Shown: one piece after another, positions 28,222 through 38,813 of the stretch | Layout of the letters: every line of letters starts with the position of its first letter | How positions within the stretch are numbered: the first letter of the stretch is position 1 | Assembly: GCA_903813345.2 (NCBI GenBank) | Contig: CAIIXF020000001.1 | Coordinates: 26,660,001-26,724,000 of the forward strand | Direction: 5' to 3' | DNA: 64,000 nucleotides | Origin: Owenia fusiformis | Taxonomy: Eukaryota | The notes under the pieces: model-generated | The model's database searches: none | What the model saw: the letters and a program-made list of their open reading frames with translations, nothing else | What the model was told of the DNA's origin: nothing | Translations under genes and position numbers: made by a program

Positions 28222-28757
28222 CACTGGTGATCCACTCGATTACGCTGGTTACCAAAACGAACCGTTTTGGTAACAAAATGTCGGAACGTCGAAGGTACGA
28301 TTTTTCTTTTTTCCTTATATCACGCGTTGTAGGCGCATTCCCCACGGCTTTTTTTTTCACAAACGTATATCAGTATCATATGTTATAGAAAATGTACATG
28401 TTTGCGAAAAAATAGCCCAGAAGACAACAGAATCGTCAATTTAATTACTCACTTAAGTTACATAAACGGTTTTTCGAAAAACGGTTAAGATCTGCACTTT
28501 TAACCCAAACCGTTTATGTAACTTAAGTGACGAATTAAATCGACGATTCTGTTGTCTTCTGAGCTATTTTTTCGCAAACATGTACATTTTCTATAACATA
28601 TGATACTGACATACGTTTGTGAGAAAAAACGTCGTGGGGATTCTGCCTACAACGCGTGATATAAGGAAAAAAGAAAAATCGTACCTTCGACGTTCCGACA
28701 TTTTGTTACCAAAACGGTTCGTTTTGGTAACCAGCGTAATCGAGTGGATCACAAGTG
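28222..28757. mobile_element. 536-bp near-perfect palindromic MITE with CAC termini and a 5-bp TSD (Transib-like ends)
   Basis: Arms of about 245 bp. Termini CACTGGTGATCC / GGATCACAAGTG. ATTGT is duplicated at 28217-28221 and 28758-28762. Confidence 0.8.
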
Positions 28758-28973
28758 ATTGTACCGAAAGGCTATACTGAATGCCATAATCACTGTTCCA
28801 CAACTAGCTACTTTAACGGATCGTAAATGTAAAAAAAACGGTTACGAATTTTTTTGCTTTCTCGATTTAAACCTACTAAGAAGTCAAGTTGCAGATTATA
28901 ATTTGACCCGGAGCAAGACAATATACCCAAGTTTTAATACGTTTCTTCGTTTTGGAATTTGTTTTCATCTGTG

Positions 28974-29410
28974 TTAGCCAACATTAACATGGAGTGGTTA
29001 GAGGAACAAGCCATTGCAACAGCGCCCCCAGGTTGTTCCCCATCATTGTACAAAAGGTATGTAGATGATGTACTAGTAATTGTTGACAATGACCGCGTTG
29101 ATGAATGGACAAATCATATGAATTCTATATAGACGTTGTGAAGTTCACAGTAGAAAAAGAATCAGAGGAAAAACTGGCTTTCTTAGACACGCAACCTTAT
29201 AGGAATTCAGATGGTTCAATAAGATGTACTGTATACACATAAAACCTAGCCACACAGATCAGTATTTAAACTTTCAATCACACCATCCCCTTGAACACAA
29301 AATGTCGGTAATTTCTACGTTAATAGGAAGAGCAGATTCGATTTACAGTGAACAGGAGGACAAAGTAGAAGAAACTTCAAATGTTAAAATAGCATTAGAA
29401 AGATGGAGAT
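28974..29410 (+). mobile_element. Penelope-like retroelement RT fragment (frameshifted)
   Basis: LANINMEWLEEQAIATAP..YKRYVDDVLVIV, KFTVEKESEEKLAFLD and KPSHTDQYLNFQSHHPLEHKMSVISTLIGRA match the Penelope-type RT C-terminus and thumb pattern. Confidence 0.85.
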
Positions 29411-30190
29411 ATCTGACAAAATATGGATAGCCTAAAATATAAATTTTGTGTTTTTGAACATGCGGAAATATCTTGAACACTTTGAAACTGAAATTCCTTA
29501 AAGGAATATTCCTTGCCAGACCCTTTATCTCTTGATATGGTAGCTATAATCATATATATAGTTTCCATATTTAGCAAAACATGGGGAAATGTTTTAATAT
29601 GGTCAATATTGATCATTCAAAAATCTAGTGCTTATTTCCAGTGAGCTGCCATCTTTTAAGATTTCTTGCAGGAAGTGATGTCATCAACTCTCAACTTCTA
29701 TAACCTTGCCCATAACAGTATAGGAAAGTAGCACAAAATCACTTCAAGACAAGTGATCATTACTTTCTGTGCAAAAATATTTTCAGGGCTTGTCAACTTA
29801 GAATAAAAGAAGAGATTTTCAGAAGGACTAAATAAGATACAAAGTTGAAAAAGAATATTTAGCTGGTTTTGTAATTCCTAATAGCTCCTCACCTTATGCT
29901 ATATGCAAAGTTGACCTGTGTGAAATTTTAATAATATGGATAGCCTATAAATTTTGTGTTTTTGAACATGCGGAGATATCTTGAACACTTTGAAACTGAA
30001 GTACAGTTCCTTAATAGGTCGTTCAGTTTTCTTGTTTTTGTTCTACACAACACTTGTGTTTAATAGCCACGCGTAATTATTAATATGCGTAATCAGATTA
30101 TTTCAAGCGTCGAAATAGCTTATTTTCCTCGACGTATCTACACAAACCTATTCACTCACCGTTATATTGAGTGATCTATGCGTCAATAAT

Positions 30191-30717
30191 ACTAAAAAAT
30201 TCTCCATCTAAAATGTCACTCGACTTTTTTGTGATTATGAGTCAAAGAAAGCATTCTTGAGTTTCAAATTGACTTCTGTGGTAACTTGAAACCATCTTCT
30301 AATTTATTCCACTTACCTTTTATTGTTTCTCCAAATATATTCTTTGAAAATCGGATTTTAAGGGTGTTAATCAGGGTAATTCTGTGCCATTTTATGAAAA
30401 ATCTTGTTGCTATCTAGAAACGAGCAATTGTGATCTTGTTGTTACCTAGGAACGAGCAACTGTGATGTCACGTCACACTCATGTTAATTCTGGAATCACA
30501 TGGCAGCCATTTTGGAAATTTCAAAAAAGTTCCCAATTAAAAAGGCTAAATGCTGCTTACAAATTGGAAACTATGGCAGAATCAACAAAGGGTTTGTGAA
30601 ATAATTAGGATATGGTTTCAAAATTATGCACATGACAATATATGACTACTAAATGCAGGCAGGGACTTTTAATTGCCAAAAAGTCGAGTGACATTTTAGA
30701 TGGAGAAATTTTTAGTT
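30191..30717. mobile_element. MITE-like element with ~40-bp TIRs
   Basis: ACTAAAAAATTCTCCATCTAAAATGTCACTCGACTTTTT at 30191 and its near-exact reverse complement ending at 30717. Confidence 0.65.
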
Positions 30718-30919
30718 ATTGTTTTCACTCATCGGCTTTAGTGGCCCGCGATACCTTTTATTTCATTCATTTGAGACGCAATTAATATATTGGCAACAAA
30801 TTAAATGTTCTAAATGATTCTTCTTCATTTTGGAATGTTTCTCCTACCCGATATTCAAAGATGTGTCTTAAATATTATACTTTACATTGATCACGATTCT
30901 TGTACGTTCTGTCTTTACG

Positions 30920-31469
30920 CATGGCGTAGAATAATGGAAATAACGTCACAACGCATGCGCGTAAATCGACATTTCATGGTCCAAAGATTTCAATGGAGAG
31001 CAGTCTTCATCAAAATTTAAAATCTTAATAACTTTTTAGCAAATAATTTATTTTCTTAGGATTCAACAGATCCTTGTTAGACCCAACGAAGTGTTCATTT
31101 TGATATATAAAACAGCAAAATCCATCCACAGATCTTTCGGCCTTTTAATGATTTAATTTTCGGGATATTTTGCTAAAATCCCACATTGGCCGCCATTATA
31201 GACTTTGAAAAAAACCCAAATCCTCATCATTTCATATCATTCGTTAAGTGATCTAAACAACTCCAATCGCCTAGGATTCAACGGATTCTAAGAGATCAAA
31301 GCTAATACAATATGTTGACAACCCCCGTTTCAATATTTGCCGCATAATCTTTCGGCCTTTTAGGTTATAAATTTGTCAATATTTTGATTTTCGACCATTA
31401 ATGACGTACTTGGATCCAAGATTCATTGTCCCGGGATTCATGACGCTATTTCCATTATTCTACGCCATG
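30920..31469. mobile_element. MITE-like element with 23-bp perfect TIRs
   Basis: CATGGCGTAGAATAATGGAAATA ... TATTTCCATTATTCTACGCCATG. No clear TSD. Confidence 0.65.
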
Positions 31470-31635
31470 ACTACCGTTCACATTTGCAAGAGTTGTTGAT
31501 TGCATTGCCTTGATCGTTGGTCGAACTTCAATTCCAACTAAATCCGATTAATCAATTAAGAAATGTAATATCACTGTTTATCCAAGCAAATAATTGTAAC
31601 AACTACATTATTTTTAAGCAGTTTTGACACCTAAG

Positions 31636-32010
31636 TAGGGTAGCCTAGTGGCGTAGACTGAGGCTACTTTGCGGTTGAACGTCGTGGGATACGGAGGTCC
31701 CGCGTTCGAGCCCCAGGTACGGAGTTGATGATCATTGTCACTACGGACACCCGGTCCGAAGGTCCAACCGTTTACCGGCCCTTGGCATGGGTTGGTTCTC
31801 TGGCCGCTCTTGCCGGAGACAGATTGTGAGACTGTGGTTGGTTCCTCCACTAACGTGCTTTAGTAAACTCCGGGAGTCATATAGTATGGTAGCGGGCCCC
31901 CACCAAGGGCAGTAGTGGAACGACGCGAATCGGTCCCAGTATGGTTGCCTTGCAACTGAAGAGACTCGAGGAAATCATGCCATTCGCAGTGACCCAGAAA
32001 AGACTTTTGC
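31636..32010 (+). mobile_element. tRNA-derived SINE-like element
   Basis: GC-rich island with an A-box-like TAGCCTAGTGG (31641) and a B-box-like GTTCGAGCC (31704). No convincing cloverleaf. The 3' boundary is approximate. Confidence 0.55.
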
Positions 32011-33351
32011 TTCTTAATTTGACGTTTTAGTTCATTTATTTACATACTTTATTCATATTACTTTCCAGGCAGTTATAATTTTTATTGGTCAAATGAATGA
32101 ACGAGACATCTAGATACTATTAAATACATCTAGATAGTATCATAATTCGATTTGTCGGACTTGAAAACACAACACACACATAGCTGCAATATCCGTAGCA
32201 TTTGGCACAGTCGATTCCCACGCTCTATCATTTTGCGCGGTCATCATAAGATAAGGAGGTACGGTTGATTAGACCATGGGCTTTCAAGTTGAGTCAAGAA
32301 ATTGGGATGGATACTTTGAGAAATGAGGTAGCAACAAAAGGAAACACCGGAAATAATCCAGATATAATCCAGAAATGACCACACCATTGTTTTCGTTAGT
32401 TATGGCAAGACCCCGGAGGAAAAACAGCAATCGTGGGTAGCTTAATTTTTGTACCAATTAGAGCCATGCCTTTAACTCAACCAAGACACATGGGGCAAAG
32501 TCCCTCTGGGTCCCAATTCAATTGAGAATCAATTCAAATCAAAATCAAATTGGTCAGATGACCTACTAAGCCATGGGCTTTCAATTAGAAATATATGTAT
32601 TCAATGTTTCAAATTAATGAAACTGAAATATTTGGCAAAATAATTGATATTTCGTTTGTGGGAATGAAAACTGATGATAGAAATAATATCAGTAGCCAAA
32701 AACTGTATTTATGAACCGATTTTCAGAGAATGGGGATGAATGCTATGCATTGGTGTTAATTATCGCTTATTAAAAGGTACATGTGATTCTAAAAATAGAA
32801 TAGTTATAAATATATCACGATTTTTTAACAAAAAGTTCAAAAACTAATTTTTGATATTGAAAAAATGTATCACATTCACATAGCATATTTTGATAACATT
32901 GGGTAAGACTACAATATAAGCCAATTTGATTTAAACTATATGTATATATGCAAATATGACCGAAAATTTTATTTTGCTCATTGTTAATTACAAATTATGA
33001 TATCATGTAATTTCACTGTACAAACATGTGTAAAAAGTTTTTAAAATAAGTTTTGAACCACTGCGGTATAGGACATCCCTAGCCTTATCTTCCGTGAATA
33101 CAAATCCATCACGAATGGCTTGATATTATGACGTGAATTTTTAAATTGATTAAAATCAGGATCATTTTTTTTATTTATAAATGTCAACATGTCCTGAGCC
33201 AATCGAATGTCGTATGACATTGTCATGTTATGGCTATCTGTCCCCTGATCTGCTAAAATTGTCGCTCTGCACAGTCCACGAAACAACTAAATATTGTCAC
33301 CTGTCCTGTCCTGTATGAGGACAATTGTAATTGTTTGATTTGAGTTACTCT

Positions 33352-34062
33352 CTATTTGAATGCTACTATCGAAGACATCAGCAATGCAACTACGAATTTC
33401 GCACTGTACGAGTTCTTCTTTGACGCACTCGTTGGACGTACTTTAGCGTTTGGATTACCATTGGTTGGATCGAAACTCATCACCATGCAGTTGGAAGAGT
33501 CCGTCGAATATGTGAATGCGTGTCCCCACATCTTGTTACAGAGACCCTCGGCGTTTCCGTACATATCTGCAAAAGTCTTGCATGTAGAGTCCGCTGGACA
33601 GTGGTTCTCGCCTTTGGTGTAATCAAAGTCCTCCATCCAATTTTCAACGCAAGTCATGTCATCTTTGCATGCATTGAACCAATCATCACAGTACGACTTA
33701 CACACGGGGACTTTGGTGATGCGACCGTCCTTTGGCCCATCGTGTCGGAATTTTCGCAAGCCTGGTTCACATTGATAGAAGCATTCTTCGTCTTTTATAA
33801 AGGTTTCGCATGCCTGGGATAGGTTTCCACACCTATCCCAATGAAAGTCGTATAGGTTCTTAGCTTTATGGGTAAGTAGCTCCTGTGTCATATTTGCTAA
33901 ACAGCATGCATTGTCTTTCCAGGAGAGACATTCCACGTAATCAGGGCCTTCGGGACCGGAGAACTTTTTATGCCAAGGTCCGTCTAAACACTGTATACTC
34001 TCTTGTCCATAAACTCCGACGATAACAAAACTGAGACAACAAAGTACTTTCAAAAGATCCAT
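33352..34062 (-). CDS. Folate receptor / riboflavin-binding protein family member, single coding exon, signal peptide and probable GPI-anchor signal
   Basis: 236-aa ORF with a hydrophobic N-terminus and the family cysteine pattern (CLDGPWHK..PEG..ECLSWKDNACC..FHWDRCG.LS..C..ECFYQCEP..VPVCKSYCDDWFNACK..TC..NW..C..F..LCNKMWGHAF..C), followed by a hydrophobic C-terminal tail. Confidence 0.92.
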   Translation of the reverse strand: MDLLKVLCCLSFVIVGVYGQESIQCLDGPWHKKFSGPEGPDYVECLSWKDNACCLANMTQELLTHKAKNLYDFHWDRCGNLSQACETFIKDEECFYQCEPGLRKFRHDGPKDGRITKVPVCKSYCDDWFNACKDDMTCVENWMEDFDYTKGENHCPADSTCKTFADMYGNAEGLCNKMWGHAFTYSTDSSNCMVMSFDPTNGNPNAKVRPTSASKKNSYSAKFVVALLMSSIVAFK

Positions 34063-34501
34063 TTTGAAATTGTTCGTCTTTTTAGATGTTCCGAGTTACT
34101 ATCAAACGAATATATCGTAGTCCGGAATACAGTCGTGATTCTAAGAATACACTTGAAATCAGTTTCTATCCAGTATCTACAGAGAATAGTCAGATATCGC
34201 CTGTTTAGCAAGTTGTTTAGAGGACACCCGATACAAGGAAGCCTAAATATGAGGAGTGACTCATCCAGCTTATATAAAAATAAGTTTACTTTAGATAAGT
34301 TAATATGTATTTAAATTAAGTGTTCACCTTTTAGGTATCATTTTAAACCATTAAAATGCCAAAATGCTCTCATTGTCATTTGATAACAAATGTAAAATAT
34401 AAGCTTAAAATAATTAAAATACTGATACATTTCTTGAAGTGGTAGAAACTTATCTTTAAGAGTTCAGATGTTTTGTTTACACGACTAAGAAACACCTAAC
34501 T

Positions 34502-35013
34502 GACACCGGAATAGCCTGACAACTGTAAAGTTAGATACCGTTGTCACAAATGGCGGACATAACCGTCGCTTCAACTATTTAATCACTTGGTCCTCATTTC
34601 ATGGAATTTTATCGTCGCTAATTCTATGAATGTATTAAGCTCTTGTGATTATGTTTCATATGAAATCCCAATTTCGATCAAATAGGGTCGTGAATCGCTA
34701 TAATATAGCGTCTTCGATATCGTCAATGACAACGGAATCTGAATTTGAGTAATTAAAAAAAAACGGCATATGGTAATACAGTGTCCGTTGTCCCGTATCT
34801 CATTTTGATCGGTTAAATTAAAGACTTTATTTCGATGGTAGAACATTATTAACTGTACAATGAGTATTAAGACACTTTGATTGATTGTTGTTCCAAAGGA
34901 ATTTAGTCTAGGTGCTCTATTAAACTTCATGAAAATCTAATTGAAGTGACGGTTATGTCCGCCATTTGTGACAACGGTATCTGACTTTACCGTTGTCAGG
35001 CTATTCCGGTGTG
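34502..35013. mobile_element. MITE with ~70-bp TIRs, copy 1
   Basis: ACACCGGAATAGCCTGACAAC..GCTTCAA at the left end and its inverse at the right end. Same family as 37866-38340, in opposite orientation. Confidence 0.8.
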
Positions 35014-35114
35014 AACTTTGCTATACATAGTATCAATAACAATAGCAAGATTGTTGGCTCAGCAAACGAGAGGTGTTCAAAGTTCATATAAAAATAAATG
35101 ACTCAAACCTAAGC

Positions 35115-35276
35115 TATTCGCGAATGCAACTAACGCCTGACGGCTACCGGATTAACATACTATTTTATGGGTAACTCATTTAATACCTGCCGCTATTCCA
35201 TTCATATTTAAATGAGTTGGCCATGAAATAGCCGGTTAATCCGGTAGCCGGCAGGCATTGGTTGCATTCGCGAATA
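35115..35276. repeat. Small imperfect foldback (~42-bp arms)
   Basis: TATTCGCGAATGCAAC..GGCTACCGGATTAAC and GTTAATCCGGTAGCC..GTTGCATTCGCGAATA. Confidence 0.6.
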
Positions 35277-36893
35277 CAAGGTTCCAAGATACTATTTGGA
35301 CTGTGATGGTTTCGGCTTTGACGATTTGGCCTGCTTATCGAGGCCAAGAGCGATCCAGAACTTCTCAAATGTTGTTGAAAGCACGTCCATTTAAAAATTA
35401 TAATTTTTCTCTCATAAAACTAGCCATATTTTCAATAGTTTGAAGATCTCTTGGAAGTCAATGATATATAACTCAAAATGTCGGAAATATGATGAATTTT
35501 GTGAAAAGGTATCAATATTCTTAAACATGTTCTTCAGTTTTGTTATTCCAAAACAGTTTTCTTCTATATGCAACCTTTATTTTTTTATAAATAATAAAGG
35601 TTGCGTCTAGAAGAAAACTGTTTTTGCGGTATCAATATTTCAACAAACTGTCCTGCTGTCAAGATGATTTGAGAAGTTCTAGATCGTTTTGATGTGAAAT
35701 GTAGCCACGAACTAATAAAAGAGACACATTTGTGAAGCATGGTGGATGTTTCTATGAGAGCCATCTGCTTTCAAAAGATTAAATTAATGAATGCTGCCCC
35801 AAATATTCACCAAGAACAACACGTCGTACACATTCCGTCTTGAGAAAGGGATGTGATGTAATATTGGCCAGATCTACACGCATGATATCATATTTGAAAT
35901 TCATTCAAATTAAATGCATCATTTAGTTCTTGAAATGAAAATGTTTTAAAATTATTGTTCCCCCTAAGAATAAGTCATGCTATCTATCGATTTTAGCTCA
36001 TTTTAGTCATCAAAATATTCAATACCTTTAAAGTTCCTGGAGCAATCCACTTTTCTTTTAAAGAAAAAAAACGTCTCAAAATCATCCAGGCTATATCCCT
36101 AATAGCAAACTCCCTGTCACTTTTGGTGTTTTAAGAATATGATGTGGTACTTTTATATTAGATTTTTAGAGAGAAAGAATTGCCAAAACTGTAAAAAAAA
36201 GTCTAGGCAGCCATAGAATGTACAAACCCACACACTAAAAGTGACACTTGCCACAACTATATTGTGAGTAAAAGGCTTGCAAGTGAATATATTGAAAATG
36301 TCCACCATAAATAAATGACTGGGCCAATATTTTATGTTACATTGATAATTAGAAATTGGAAACAAGTTCAATTTCAGACTCCAGATGACAGATTTGTTTT
36401 TAGTTGATAGATTAGATTTCATCTGGAGTCTAATAATTTTACACCAATAGTGCTACTAATCAACCTTAATATTATATATAAACACATTGTAAAGAAACAA
36501 AATGTTCATTTTTTAAAATAAATAAATGTATTATACTTTTTCAAAGCATATACATGTTACTCATTACACCCACTAGTTTCACATTGACTAGTCGTTCCCT
36601 CCTCATCGTCTTCCCAAATATCAATATATGTTGCACACTGACAAAATAGAGTTCATTTTGCCCTGAAAAATCTCCATTTTAGAACATAGAATTCCACTCT
36701 CTCAGTGTCTAATTAAACTTCAGTATAATATAACAACAATTATATATATAGAAAAGGGTTCATTGACTTTAACATGTCTAGACACTAAATCTAAAAAACA
36801 TTGTTAGGAAACCACCTGCTAAACCTGACTGTCAAGTTCTATTTAGGTCACTTAATAGCCATATCTTAGGTCATATTTGATACATATATTTAA

Positions 36894-37366
36894 AGAGGCT
36901 CTATGCCATAGGATAGCACAATCAAGACCCCCCTGGACTTTTTTTGCATATTGAGTTTCACCACATATCTACCCATCTACTTACCAAAGAAGAAGTCCCA
37001 AATCCCCCTCAATCAGTGTTAATTTTGCGAAGAAATTAATTCAATCTGAAGTTTGAATATACCGGGAAAGTCCTCCTGTTATCTGACTGGTCGTTGAATT
37101 TGTTTATCATAAACCTGATTGGCTGCCTAATCCAAGGCGCTTGTGGGCGCTTGTGTGACTCAATGGGGATTCCCCTGGCTAGCCGAGGAATCGATTGTGT
37201 TCAATTCTGAGTTTGGTTGTTCTGTTGATTATTTCCGATATTTCGGCAATAATATACCCAAAAGTTATTCTCAAGATATATTCATGGTATGTGAGATATT
37301 ATATGAGCAATAACAATAGGACATAATTGATTGTCTGGGGGAGAAACCTATGGCATAATGCATCTT
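36894..37366. mobile_element. TTAA-flanked MITE (Kolobok-like AG..CT ends)
   Basis: TTAA|AGAGGCTCTATGCCATAGG ... CCTATGGCATAATGCATCT|TTAA. Confidence 0.55.
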
Positions 37367-37865
37367 TAAACAATGGCACTTTGATATCAGATGTACAAAC
37401 AATTTGATTTTATCTAGTAACTATCATTTTTGTGTTTACTCATAGCTTTTTACTGGAGTTTATCACTAATAGCTACTATATTCTAGTATATATAGCTTTG
37501 AAATCTTGCTGAAGTCAAAAATCTTTAAAAGTTGACCTATTCAATTTTAAGTTTAAACCACAATCCACACATCTACAACATGTTCAAGGCCATCTAAATT
37601 TTATGTCAAAATAGTTCTACAGCAATCCATCTTCAAGAAATCAACTTTAAACTTCTAACTTCATGAGTTTTTTCTAATTGTAATTGCTCAATAGCACTAA
37701 GTACAATGTGACTAGGAACAATTTGGTTTAAGTACAATAAATTATGATGGCCAGTATCTAAGCATGGAGATCCAAAAATAACATATTGCAATATATGTAT
37801 GGCTAATCAGTCTGTATGTATAACAAGACCATGAGATCTGTGTAATATCGCATAGTTCAATTACT

Positions 37866-38340
37866 CACCCCGGAATAGCCTGACAACAGTAAAGTCAGAT
37901 ACCATTGTCACAAATGGCGGACGTAACCGTCGCTTCAATTAAATTTTCATGAACTGTATGTTTAATTGAGCACCTAGACTAAATTCCTTTGGAACAAGAA
38001 TCAATCAAAGTGTCTTAATACTCATTGTACAGTTAATAATGTTACCATATTCCGTTGTCTTTCTAAATTACTCAAATTCGGATTCCCTTATCATTGATGA
38101 TATAGAAGACGCTATATTGTGGCGATTCACAACCCAATTTGATCGAAAATGGGATTTCATATTATACATTATCACAAGAGCTTTTAAGCTTAAAATACAT
38201 GCAATTATTTGCGCAAAGAATTAGCGACGATAAAATCCCATGAAATGAGGACCAAGTGATTAAACAGTTGAAGCGACGGTTATGTCCGCCATTTGTGACA
38301 ACAGTATCTGACTTAACCGTTGTCAGGCTATTCCGGTGTG
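37866..38340. mobile_element. MITE with ~70-bp TIRs, copy 2; CAC..GTG ends and TTACT 5-bp TSD
   Basis: TTACT|CACCCCGGAATAGCC...GGCTATTCCGGTGTG|TTACT. Confidence 0.8.
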
Positions 38341-38813
38341 TTACTGTTATATTACCAACAAGTATATGCTCTTTCCCCTTGAAAAACTCCTCGAAAGACA
38401 GGATTGACAATAACTGTACCAGTGTTCTTTTGATTTTGAAGAGGAGATCACAACACACAATAACACTTTCAAGTGCAGTCAACACTTAACATGAAGCCTG
38501 ATCATATCCCAAAACACTTGACCCTTTTGTATAGTAAGTGACATCATCATCAAAAAATAACTACTTCATGTAATATCACATTGCTATATGTATACAGGGG
38601 TTGAGCTAAGGTTCTGAGAGCAGCTGGTCAAAATGGTCCATATCAAAAGTGATTTGGCAAATGACCAGTGGAACAGCCTTTAGCTCAAGTCCTGTATGTA
38701 TATCAACATACACTGATAACTCGTTCCCTCCGATATGTTATACATTTTCATTCATAATGCACTCAAAAATTCAATAACAAATTTCCATTCAATATCTCGT
38801 CCAATATACTATT

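Noticed and set aside
31636-31725. tRNA gene
   Set aside because: A and B boxes are present, but there is no acceptor-stem pairing or immediate T-run terminator, and the sequence continues into a SINE-like body.
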